Below, piece after piece: positions 51,533 through 60,919 of a stretch of 64,000 bases of DNA. The stretch covers positions 1,204,487 to 1,268,486 of the forward strand of contig CAVRKK010000002.1 of the NCBI GenBank assembly GCA_963722385.1, written 5' to 3'. Position numbers and translations under genes: made by a program. Each line of letters opens with the position of its first letter. Position 1 is the stretch's first letter. The stretch is from an uncultured bacterium. GTDB taxonomy: Bacteria; Babelota; Babeliae; Babelales; Babelaceae. The notes below the pieces were generated by a model. It saw only the letters and a list, made by a program, of their open reading frames with translations. It was not told where the DNA came from and ran no database searches.

Positions 51533-52515
51533 ACGCGAATTCGACATAAGAAAAAGTAGAAAAAAACGAGCAAAGTACTATCCTTTTTTAAAATTCAAAC
51601 CCAAAAAAAGGAGAAGTGACCATGCTCGTTACTCTATTTTACCACGTTGCGAATTTTTGCGAAGACGTTGAAAAAAGTGGATGCCTGGCTTCTCTGCAAG
51701 GTGAAAAAAGAGGAAAAGAAAGAGCAGGCTGCAACTCTGTGAGATTATGACCATTATGATTTATTATCATTGCTCTGGGTATAAAACATTTAAAGATTAT
51801 TATTGTAAGCATGTATTGGTACAGTTAACAGGAGAATTTAAGCAATTAGTAAGTTACAACAGATTCGTAGAGCTCATGAAATACGCATTGCTCACTCTAG
51901 CCCTATTTTTAAGAATGAAATGTCTGGGAAAATGCACGGGTATTTCCTTTATAGACAGCTCGTCTCTAAAAGTATGCCACAACAAAAGAATTCACAGCAA
52001 CAAAGTTTTTAAAGGGATAGCGAAAAGAGGGAAAACAAGCATTGATTGGTTCTTTGGTTTTAAATTACACCTTGTTTTCAACCATTTTGGCGAGATTGTT
52101 GATTTTTTGTTAACTCAAGGCAATATTGCTGATAATAATTATGATGTGCTTAATAGCTTAACAAAGCAAATAACTGGCAAACTTTTTGGTGACAAAGGAT
52201 ATATTCTTAAGTCTGATACATTTCAAGAATTTTATGATAAAGGAGTTCACTTTGTTACCAAAATACGCACTAATATGAAGAATATACTGATGAATATTTT
52301 TGACAAATTGTTACTTAAAAAGAGAGGGTTGGCTGAATCTGCTATCGGCAATTTTAAATCATCTATTTCTATTGAGCATACCAGACATAGAAGCCCAATT
52401 AATTTTTTGTCCTCCATCTTTTCTGCCTTAATTGCTTACTCATTTAGGCAAAAAAAGCCCTCTCTTGCAGCCAATTTTCTTTTTTTTGGTTTACCGGCTT
52501 AGATCGAATTCGCGT
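51533..52515 (+). mobile_element. IS982-family element with frameshifted transposase (51622..52502)
   Basis: IRs ACGCGAATTCGACATAAG / CTTAGATCGAATTCGCGT (16/18); SYNRFVEL, FIDSS, WFFGFKLH, GDKGY, IEHTRHRS; frame change ~51740; no matching target duplication. Confidence 0.9.
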
Positions 52516-52570
52516 TAAGTACGTATGGTGTGGGAGGTCGGAAGGACTTACGTCCTTCCTCCTACCCGAT
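52516..52570 (+). ncRNA. 3' relic (part of DV plus DVI) of a group IIC-like intron
   Basis: GTACG..TGGTGTGGGAGG..stem..CCTCCT-A-CCCGAT terminus with bulged A at -7. Confidence 0.75.
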
Positions 52571-53727
52571 TATGAACCGCTTTGCTGAACGTTTTGGCAG
52601 AGATGATCAAAAACTTCTCTTATGGCTCTTGGTACAGGTTGCTGGCTGCAAAGCTGAAAAATGTAAGCTCTACTAGAATCATCCATATGGATGTCATCGT
52701 AAACCATCCGAACCATGTTGATTAATGCCGCTAAATTATCTTCAAAGGCTGGCCTCGTTATTAAATTGACCAAGGGCCGATCGATAATAACGTACAAGAG
52801 AAGCCATATTGCTGGCCAGAGGGCTAAAGCAATAGTTGGGTTAATCTCTGATGTCAATAATACTCCCGTTAAGTAAGTAGCAAGGGGAAAAGAGATTATT
52901 GCTGCTATGATATGGGGCGCGCTACCTTGTGGTCCTGCATGTTCATATGCAACCGCTGTTCTCAAAAGATTATACAGCAAGGTATGTTGAGGCTGGCGCG
53001 CTTCCCATTCATCGGCGGCTATTCCGCTTAGAAGGTCATATGGTGCGTAATCACGTAACAGATAGTTTTCTTGCTGTATGGTAGCTTGTTTCATTTCTCG
53101 CGACATTTGTTCGATCAAGCCATTTGCTTCCTGTACCGTAAGGCTTGTTCCTCGCGAGGCAAAGAATTTCCTGAGCAAGAGAATTACGTCTGCCATTTTT
53201 TCATTAAATAGCTTAAGTACCTTACTATCGAGCACGTAATTTTCGCGGATGCTGGGTGGTCTTGCTTCATTATTAACTTGCACGAGTTGTGTATAAGAAT
53301 TGGCAGTATGCGAATTGAGCGAAGTGCTACCTTGTGAGAGAGGTTGAGTGCCATAGGGGACGAGTGGCTGCTGCCATTGGTTGCCTGGTGCCAGCGGCCA
53401 AGAACTCGGTTGCTGGGCGACCTGTGCTGGTTGGTGGTATATTGGAAGCTGCTGTTGTTGGTAGGTTGGCTGTTGATAGGAATTCTGGGGAAATGCCTGG
53501 CCAGATTGGCCTGTGTAGTAAGGTACTTGCGGCAATGGGGCGAATCCATTTTGTTGCTGTCCGGCTTGTGGGAATCTCTGGCGTAAGGCTTGATCAGGGT
53601 TCGGGTACCCCCAATAACCAGAGTCTTGTTCTCCGGAACCCCCTGGGCGCTCCATGGACCACATGGCAGATGTTCCTAATTGACTGCCAATCGCAACGGC
53701 AGCCAGAAACGTTTTTTTCCAATACAT
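52570..53727 (-). CDS. secreted/membrane protein with Q/P-rich low-complexity N-terminus
   Basis: AGGAG RBS; signal peptide; Q/P/Y-rich tract; two TM segments near the C-terminus. Confidence 0.75.
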   Translation of the reverse strand: MYWKKTFLAAVAIGSQLGTSAMWSMERPGGSGEQDSGYWGYPNPDQALRQRFPQAGQQQNGFAPLPQVPYYTGQSGQAFPQNSYQQPTYQQQQLPIYHQPAQVAQQPSSWPLAPGNQWQQPLVPYGTQPLSQGSTSLNSHTANSYTQLVQVNNEARPPSIRENYVLDSKVLKLFNEKMADVILLLRKFFASRGTSLTVQEANGLIEQMSREMKQATIQQENYLLRDYAPYDLLSGIAADEWEARQPQHTLLYNLLRTAVAYEHAGPQGSAPHIIAAIISFPLATYLTGVLLTSEINPTIALALWPAIWLLLYVIIDRPLVNLITRPAFEDNLAALINMVRMVYDDIHMDDSSRAYIFQLCSQQPVPRAIREVFDHLCQNVQQSGS

Positions 53728-53815
53728 GTCATTCTCCTAAAAAGTGTTTCAGTTAATACTATAATATAGAATAAACAAATTTTTTTAGATTGCCAGCTTA
53801 AAATAAAGAAGCTGG

Positions 53816-53841
53816 CGTGGCCGTGTGCGCACACGGCCACG
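53816..53841. terminator. perfect 26-bp GC-rich palindrome, probable terminator of ilvE
   Basis: CGTGGCCGTGTGC/GCACACGGCCACG. Confidence 0.55.
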
Positions 53842-53868
53842 AGGTAAGCACGCGATTGGAAAAGGCTT

Positions 53869-55002
53869 CTAATTGACAGTTTCCAGCCAACCGAAGCGAT
53901 CCTTTTCGGTGCCCTGCTGAAGAGCAGTAAGCTGCTGAAACAAGCTTTGTGTTATAGGGCCTGTCTTGTTGCCATTAATTACGTAGTCTTTGCCCTTAAA
54001 GCGCAATGTGCCAATCGGTGTTATGCCGGCAGCGGTGCCCGTACCAAATACTTCGGTGCAAGCACCGGATTCAATTGCTTCCAAGAGCTCATTGAGGGCG
54101 ATAGGCCGCTCAACAACTTTTTTACTTCTTAATTCAATGATCGATTTCCTTGTGATACCTGGTAAAATAGTGCCGGTTAGTGCCGGAGTAACGATTGTAT
54201 TGTTTATCACGCAAAAGATATTCATGGACCCAACTTCTTCAAGGTATTTGCGTTCTATAGGGTCGAGCCAAAGCACTTGAGAACAGTCTTGCTTTTTTGC
54301 TTCTTGTTGGGCAAGCATGCTTGCAGCATAGTTGCCGCCTGTCTTTGCTTGGCCCACGCCGCCAATGGATGCGCGTGTATACGTATCAGAGATCAAGATT
54401 GAGATCGGCTTAAACCCTTCCTTGTAGAAGGTGGTGACCGGCGAGAGAATAATAAAGAACAAGAAGCGATCGGAGCTTTTTAGATTAATCGTTGCTTCTG
54501 TTGCAATCATGGTAGGCCGAATATACAGGGAGCTTCCTTTTAGTGAAGGCACCCATTCGCTATCTTCTTTGATCAGTAGTTTGAGTGCTTTTATGACAAA
54601 GTCAACATCTATTTCCGTCATACACATACGACGCGCTGACAAGTTCATCCGCTCAAAGTGTTGACGTGGCCGGAAAACAGCTATTTTATTATCTGCTCTT
54701 TTGAAGGCTTTCATTCCCTCAAAAATTTCTGAGCCATAGTGTAAATGCAACGATGCTGGCTCGAAGGTAAAGGGTTTGTAAGGCTCAATCCGAGCATTAT
54801 GCCAGCCTTTTTTGGCAGTCCACTCCATAGCAAAAAGGTGATTGGTAAAAGTTGAGCCAAAAGGAATCAAGCTTATGTCTGCAGGTGGCTGCTTTTTATG
54901 CTTTGGTGATAGGCGCGTTATCCTGATGGGTTGATCATCTTGCGGTGCGGCTATCAAAGAGAACATATATAAGCAGGTTATTGCTATATATAGGGCTTTC
55001 AT
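53869..55002 (-). CDS. ilvE: branched-chain amino acid aminotransferase with N-terminal signal peptide
   Basis: LHYGSEIFEGMKA, LYIRP, KTGGNY (PLP Lys), EVGSMN, ILPGITR, GTGTAA. Confidence 0.93.
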   Translation of the reverse strand: MKALYIAITCLYMFSLIAAPQDDQPIRITRLSPKHKKQPPADISLIPFGSTFTNHLFAMEWTAKKGWHNARIEPYKPFTFEPASLHLHYGSEIFEGMKAFKRADNKIAVFRPRQHFERMNLSARRMCMTEIDVDFVIKALKLLIKEDSEWVPSLKGSSLYIRPTMIATEATINLKSSDRFLFFIILSPVTTFYKEGFKPISILISDTYTRASIGGVGQAKTGGNYAASMLAQQEAKKQDCSQVLWLDPIERKYLEEVGSMNIFCVINNTIVTPALTGTILPGITRKSIIELRSKKVVERPIALNELLEAIESGACTEVFGTGTAAGITPIGTLRFKGKDYVINGNKTGPITQSLFQQLTALQQGTEKDRFGWLETVN

Positions 55003-55006
55003 GTTA

Positions 55007-55402
55007 TCAGTCTTTCGAATAGACGGTGTTGTTATCTTGCTGGTTATTAGTCAATGACGACCGTGAAGCTTCATCGCTTCTTAAAGTTGTACGCCAAAAC
55101 AATCGGCGAACTTCTGGATTGGCAACGATGTTTGAGTTGACCTGTTGGGTAATTGCCGAGCCAAAAAAAGTCGATAAAAACCGAAATGCTGGGTTTCGCC
55201 ATCCTCGTAAGGTGTGTTGTTGCGGATACATTTGCTGGTGGTATACGGTTCTCAAGTAATTCAGGCCTGCCCAGGCCATCACGAGAGCGGTGCCAGCACG
55301 AATATGATCATGGACCCGTTGGTCGGGCGGTCGTTCCATGGGGGTTGTTAATGATGAAAAAGTAAAAAATACGGTTAAAAGCATATAATGTTTTACGCTC
55401 AT
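55007..55402 (-). CDS. small secreted/membrane hypothetical protein
   Basis: signal-like N-terminus followed by MERPP; abuts ilvE. Confidence 0.55.
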   Translation of the reverse strand: MSVKHYMLLTVFFTFSSLTTPMERPPDQRVHDHIRAGTALVMAWAGLNYLRTVYHQQMYPQQHTLRGWRNPAFRFLSTFFGSAITQQVNSNIVANPEVRRLFWRTTLRSDEASRSSLTNNQQDNNTVYSKD

Positions 55403-55751
55403 AGAAAATCCTTGCATGTAAATGTACGATTAATACTATATTGGTAATAAAAAACTTATAATTCTGGACTTCTCCAACGATGTGGTAGAACGTTGGAATT
55501 TTAAAGTCGTTTAGGAATCAAAAAAGCGGGAGATTTACTGTGCGCGAAGCACAATAATTGATAGGAAAGATAGGAAAGCTAGAGAAGAGAAGCGGGTAGT
55601 AGCGAAACGTGTGGACTGTTTTCTCTGTGATCTTTGCGGTGCATGATAGTGCAACATAAAGAAGCTCCTTGAAAGAGTTGATAAAGACATACTAACTCTA
55701 CAACAAAATTATGACATTGGCAAGTGTATTGCAAAGCTCTTACCCCTTTAC

Positions 55752-56925
55752 TATGCAATGGAAAGCCACGTGCTTTAGCGCGTGGATGAAGAGTTGCAAA
55801 CAAAGTACAAATGTGTTAAACATTTGAGGATTGTTTAATAGATAGAGGAAAAGAGGATTAGTAGGAAGTGCTTTTAACGTATAAGATAAAGCATAAAAGA
55901 GATTTTAGGCAAGAGCTAGAAAAAGCGAGGCAGGTAGCGAGTTTTGGGTTACAAACAAGAAGCCGCACATCGCGAGATGTTAAGGAGATGGGGCTACCTT
56001 CAGCGATCTCTAACCAAATATTGAAGAAGTACTCGAGTAATAAGAAGATAAAAAAAGTGCGGCGAGTGAAGCTAACGGTACCTGGGCAGGCTATCAAGGT
56101 TGATCGCCAAGAAAAGATAATAACGATACGTTGTTTAAAGCTTATGCTCGAGTATTATTTCAGAAACGATTTTGAGAAGATCAACCAGATAGAAATAGAT
56201 GAAGAATACGCATACGTATCTGTATTGATAGCCGAAGCTGAAGAGATACAAGTATCAGGCTATTTAGGGGTTGATCTTAACACAACGGGACATTGTGCTG
56301 TTGCGGCCAATCCGCAAACGGGCAAAGTGCTCAAGCTTGGCAAGAAAGCTGCTCATATTCACAAGAAATATAGCTTTCAAAGAAAAAGCCTCCAAAAACA
56401 AGGCAAATTTGGCAAGGTTGAGCAGCTTGAGGACCGAGAAAAAAGAATTGTAAAAGATCTAACACATAAGGCAAGTACAACTATTGTACGATATGCTAAA
56501 GAACATGGATTGGGAATACAACTAGAAGATTTGCAGGGAATAAGAAAGAGAGCACGAGCAAGCATATCTTTCAAGTACCTTTTGCACAGTTGGTCGTACT
56601 ATGATCTGCAAAAGCAGATAGAGTATAAGGCCAAGCTGCTTGGGATTCCTGTTTTGCTCGTAGATCCAAGCTATACCTCTCAAGATTGTAGTAAATGCCA
56701 TCTACGAGGTAATCGCCAGGGTAAACTATTTAAGTGTCCTCATTGTAGGCACGTTGATCATGCTGACGTAAATGCTTCATTCAACATAGCTATGCGTCAT
56801 GGGCAGAGATCAATTGAACGCAGACAGAGTTGCGTTCAACGGGCTCACTGAAATCCCTAAAAGGGCTACGCTGCTTGAATGACCGCGACCCTAGAACCTC
56901 CGGCTTTTAAGCCGGCGTTATTCAG
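55752..56925 (+). mobile_element. IS200/IS605-family element, TnpB-only (IS1341-like)
   Basis: LE: TTAC|..AAAG + hairpin CCACGTGCTTTAGCGCGTGG; RE: GAAC + hairpin CCGGCTTTTAAGCCGG..TTCAG|. Confidence 0.85.
55868..56851 (+). CDS. tnpB: compact RNA-guided endonuclease TnpB
   Basis: RuvC GVDLN / LEDL / HADVNAS; zinc finger CSKC..CPHC. Confidence 0.92.
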   Translation: MLLTYKIKHKRDFRQELEKARQVASFGLQTRSRTSRDVKEMGLPSAISNQILKKYSSNKKIKKVRRVKLTVPGQAIKVDRQEKIITIRCLKLMLEYYFRNDFEKINQIEIDEEYAYVSVLIAEAEEIQVSGYLGVDLNTTGHCAVAANPQTGKVLKLGKKAAHIHKKYSFQRKSLQKQGKFGKVEQLEDREKRIVKDLTHKASTTIVRYAKEHGLGIQLEDLQGIRKRARASISFKYLLHSWSYYDLQKQIEYKAKLLGIPVLLVDPSYTSQDCSKCHLRGNRQGKLFKCPHCRHVDHADVNASFNIAMRHGQRSIERRQSCVQRAH

Positions 56926-56945
56926 TTCAAAGAAGATCAAATTTT
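56795..56945 (+). ncRNA. predicted TnpB omega-RNA (scaffold plus ~20-nt guide)
   Basis: hairpins TTGAACGCA..TGCGTTCAA and RE stem overlapping the tnpB 3' end; 5' boundary approximate. Confidence 0.65.
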
Positions 56946-57016
56946 ATAGAGATTTTTCTTGAAATTACGTTAAATCGGAGGGAGGCGGGGTCGCCGCGTC
57001 CCTCCCTCTATCGCTA

Positions 57017-58303
57017 TCAAGTCAGCACATCGCTTGAAGGTAGCTCATTGTCAGTGCTAATGGCGAACATCTCGAACTCTTCATCGAATTCTTCATCAAA
57101 TTCGGCTTGTTCATCACCATCGTCTTCTTCTTCTTTTTCTTCTACTTCCAGTTTTTCAGAAAGTTTAACGGGACATTTTTCCAGAAGTTCCCACACCGTA
57201 TCCTCATAGGCTGATTGGAGAACGTCCAATACTTCGTCTTCTGGTAAAGGAATTTCAGCAGCCTGGCGCGCGAAAAAGCAGCTTAATGTTTGTTCGCCTA
57301 CCTCTTGGTAATGCTGGGCAATTCTTACTAAAGGCTCTGCGCGAATAGGCCGCATGTTAAATGCCTCAAGATAGTAGCCGAGAGCTTCTTGCCAGGTAAA
57401 AGAGCTATCAATTTTTGATAATTCATTGGTAACATCGGCCAGGTTATATACAGCACGATAATTTTCTTCGGGAAAACCTGACACTGGGTTAAGGCTAACG
57501 CGTAACTTATAATAACGATAAGCATCTGGCCAATTGCGAAGGCATTGCTCGGTTTGTGCAAGATAAAATGCAGCACGTGAATCGGTAAGGTCTTTTTGGA
57601 GTACTTTTAAGAGAATTTCCCTGTCCCGCAACCAGCGCTTTGCCGTTGATTTGTTCCCATCTTTATTTGGTGCGTATTCAAAATAAACATCCTGAAAAAC
57701 CTTTTGATGGCTTACGGGGCTCGCTGTCTCATGAACAGCGCCGATAAAGCGGGAGTGAGATCTTACTCTAAGCAGGCGTCCCGTATAAAACCACCAACCT
57801 GGACTCCCTATTTTTATCATGTAGCCAGGGCATGCATACCCTTCGCCCCAGCCGTCACAGTTAGTTGCTTGGCTTTGATTCTTGCAAAATTCGAGAAGTC
57901 CCGCAACATTATGCATATACCATTCAGCATCCGGCATGAGAAAAAAAGTCGCTTGCGGGAAAAGGCTTTCAGCATGGGTTAATGCTTTATTACGTGAGGT
58001 AGCAAAATCAATAAACGGTTCAGAAATTACAAAACCATGCTTGATATCATGTTGCTGGAAAAGAGCTTTAGCACGAGGCATGGTATCATCGGTTGATCCC
58101 GTATCATAAACTAAGTAATGCTTGATGCCGCCATCAACATACGGCTGCAATGTCTCTCTAATCGAACTTTCTTCATTTTTTACCATGATGACAATTGCGA
58201 GCAAGGGGTTGTCAGGTGACTCTTCTTGTTGCTTAGCCTGCGAAAATGACCAGAGCTGGCTCGCGACAAAAAGAGTTAAAAGATTGATGGTGCTTCTTCT
58301 CAT
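57017..58303 (-). CDS. GT2 glycosyltransferase with TPR region, signal peptide and acidic tail
   Basis: IMVKNEE, DTGSTD, FATSRN.AL, PDAE, GAVHE, RAAFYLAQT, RAEPL. Confidence 0.85.
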   Translation of the reverse strand: MRRSTINLLTLFVASQLWSFSQAKQQEESPDNPLLAIVIMVKNEESSIRETLQPYVDGGIKHYLVYDTGSTDDTMPRAKALFQQHDIKHGFVISEPFIDFATSRNKALTHAESLFPQATFFLMPDAEWYMHNVAGLLEFCKNQSQATNCDGWGEGYACPGYMIKIGSPGWWFYTGRLLRVRSHSRFIGAVHETASPVSHQKVFQDVYFEYAPNKDGNKSTAKRWLRDREILLKVLQKDLTDSRAAFYLAQTEQCLRNWPDAYRYYKLRVSLNPVSGFPEENYRAVYNLADVTNELSKIDSSFTWQEALGYYLEAFNMRPIRAEPLVRIAQHYQEVGEQTLSCFFARQAAEIPLPEDEVLDVLQSAYEDTVWELLEKCPVKLSEKLEVEEKEEEDDGDEQAEFDEEFDEEFEMFAISTDNELPSSDVLT

Positions 58304-58799
58304 GGCTTCCCCTATTTTTTTAGATGGTGATAAAGCTGCGTCTATGAATACTAATTTTTTAGGGTTTCGTCAACAAGTGACAAGTAAATTACAAACTCTC
58401 GAACCCAGCCATATGCTGTATATTTAATTCTCCTTAACATCTGTAATTTATCATAACGAGGGAAGCTTACCATGAGCTGTTCTCCCAGGCTCTTGTATTC
58501 AAAGGCTGCTCCCGGATGTTGTATGTGCTACTTTACCTACCGACATCCCTATCAAACGGCCCGACTCGGTTGCTTCGCATCCTTCGGATACAATAGGCGT
58601 TACTTCACCTATTGATGTGGGCTTCCTAAAATTTTCTAAAATTATTGACTTCTTGTTGTAAATTTTTCTAATATTAATTATAAATAAACTAAAAAATACT
58701 TTCATATCTAGATTGGGCTAGGATTTTATGCCGTAAGGAGATTTGTAATGAAAAACATCTAGTATTTAATCTATCTGTAACAAAAAAAAGAGGAGGCTA

Positions 58800-59219
58800 A
58801 TGATGAAATACGCTTTAATTCTCAGTATTGCTGTGCTTAGTTTAACGGCTCAGTTGGTACAAGCTTTTACAACCAGAATTTGCAATAACACCCAGGAAAA
58901 TATTTCGGTCAAGCTGAATGCAACAGCACCAAAGAATCAATGTCCTAAAGAATTTGATCAAGCTATTTCTGTAAAAGCCAATGGATCCGTGGATATACCA
59001 TGGGGTAATATTCCAACGAAAGGCTGTGCTTTAGAAATAAAAACCGAAGCGGTTGAAGTGAATGGAACACCAGTAGAATATATAACTAGTGACTCATATG
59101 GTTCCAATCGACCATCGGAAACTATATTTATTTGGGCGGAGAGGCCCAGAGGAAAAAAGATCTTTCAAGCAGCGCTCGCTGGAGCTTTAATATCAGATTG
59201 TAAAACCCATCTCGGATAG
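58800..59219 (+). CDS. secreted hypothetical protein
   Basis: AGGAGG RBS, signal peptide ending VQA, four Cys. Confidence 0.75.
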   Translation: MMKYALILSIAVLSLTAQLVQAFTTRICNNTQENISVKLNATAPKNQCPKEFDQAISVKANGSVDIPWGNIPTKGCALEIKTEAVEVNGTPVEYITSDSYGSNRPSETIFIWAERPRGKKIFQAALAGALISDCKTHLG

Positions 59220-59227
59220 TAAATTAT

Positions 59228-59444
59228 AAAAGAGCTCGTAAAACCTAGTATCTTTAGAGCTAGGATATGAGAGCTTACAACTTAGCAAGAGCATCTTAAG
59301 ATGCTCTTGTATTTGACTCAAATGATGTAAAATAAGAAGCACTACCCTGGGAGCCAGGGAAAGTCGACGCTTGCGGAGATACTATGAACACTCAATGGAG
59401 GTTCAGCCCAAGAAGCCCACTACCTTTAGGTTTGGGTAGCTCAC
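59228..59444 (+). mobile_element. 217-bp non-autonomous IS200/IS605 mini-element retaining an omega-RNA-like scaffold
   Basis: LE TTAT|..AAAA CCTAG..CTTTAG..CTAGG; scaffold ACTACCCTGGGAGCCAGGGAAAGTCGACGCTTGCGGAGAT; RE GAAGCCCAC..CTTTAGG..TGGGTAGCTCAC|. Confidence 0.72.
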
Positions 59445-59486
59445 AAATAGCATTAAGAGCGAATGGCTCTTCTTGGTATATCAAAA

Positions 59487-59507
59487 AGTCCCACAAGCTG
59501 TGGGACT
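59487..59507 (-). terminator. intrinsic terminator
   Basis: AGTCCCACA/TGTGGGACT stem with T-run on the minus strand. Confidence 0.6.
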
Positions 59508-59739
59508 CAACTTTTGAAGTGAGATAAAGGAAAGAAGTTACGCATAACAGACTCTCAAGAGACGAAAAATCTGATCAGTTGAGAACAATGAGGATTTAGG
59601 GATTGCTTGAAGATCTCTAGTAATGCGTCTGAGAGCAGTTTCCGGATTTAAAAGCCTTTGTTTAATACGTTTGGCTTGCAATAAAGCGTAAGCAAAAAAG
59701 ACATTAGCGATATGCATAAATGCTTCTTGGCACCTAAAT

Positions 59740-60919
59740 TTGCTTGCTTTCTTTCAATAAAATTAGCAATCACACTTAGTCTTTTTGTATCCACATCTTT
59801 TCCTTTTAAAAAAAATTCTAAGGGTTATGCGGCTGATGCCAATATCCTGCGCGATTGATTGCAAAGATTGTTCGTTGCGGATGATTAAAGGATTTAGATG
59901 ATCACGTATCGATCTTGCTATTCAGGAACTAGCGCGCGCAAATGGTGCTATATCAGGACGGATTATTTTATTGGCTGGCTCTTCTAGAACTGAGGTAACA
60001 AGGGCTGTAAGCTCTTTCTTAAAATTGACCCTTTGTTCATCGGTCATAGTGTTATAAGTGTAGATTTTTACTCCGCTTTCAGGATTAAGTAAAAAATCAT
60101 GGCTGATTAAGAGACGGCCTTGAATTTTATTCATATCATTGTAAAAAATTGCTTGAGGGTAACTGCGGTAAATTTCTAGATATGTTTTCGGATCAATCGT
60201 TCTCAAGTTATAGGTGTGCAACTTCATCTTTTTCTATGGTAACAGGTTCAAGGAAAGGCTTGCCATCGCCCCAGCCTCGACCTTCATTTACCGGAAAGCC
60301 GCCTGGTCCTGCTAGATATACATACGTATTGATTTTATCTTTTGGCACAAAAATTTGAAGAAGATTACCTTCTTTAGGCGCATATTTATGGAAGAGCTTT
60401 TCGAATTTTTCTTCCGTTGTGGGGTTAATGCCAAGTGCCTCAAAAAATATTCGAAAAATTCTCATCGAGGGATCGCTTTTTATCTTTTTCAACAAAATCG
60501 AAAAACTCGTCTATACTTGATGTTCCTATGCTCATGGGTAGCGTATTCTCAAGTATAGGAACTATATAAGGATTTTGACTTTCAAGTTTGAATTTTTGAG
60601 AAAGCTCTTTCAAAGCATTTTTTACTTCATCAAGCATATCAATCGGAGATTTATATCTATCAGCATAGACTTCTATAAGCGTGTCCAGGTGGTCATAAAG
60701 GCGACTAGCTTGCTGCTTTGCTTGCGCACTAAAAGGCTCAGATAATAGTGCTTCTGCCTGTTTTACCAATGAAGTAATTTTTTGAGTAAAGTGATCTTTG
60801 CTTGTAATAGCAAGATCTGAGCTTACAATCTCTTTGGCTAATTGAGGTAATGGACTCTGACAAAAAAGCAGAGAACTATGGATCAAAGCTAAATAAAGCA
60901 ATATTATACATTTCTTCAC
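59740..60919 (-). pseudogene. fragmented secreted protein gene with possible C-terminal XRE-like HTH
   Basis: three overlapping ORF pieces (60440..60919, 60208..60495, 59922..60227); past the TGA the frame reads LQSIAQDIGISRITL. Confidence 0.6.

Noticed and set aside
47539..52515. Composite transposon bounded by the two ISs
   Set aside because: The ISs belong to different families (IS5, IS982) with unrelated IRs and no shared target duplication.
58440..58705. 68-aa ORF upstream of the GT2 gene
   Set aside because: Its N-terminal half is AT-rich promoter-like sequence and the rest has no recognisable similarity.
55400..59500. CRISPR array associated with TnpB (Cas12f-like system)
   Set aside because: No regularly spaced direct repeats found, and the ends fit an IS200/IS605 element.
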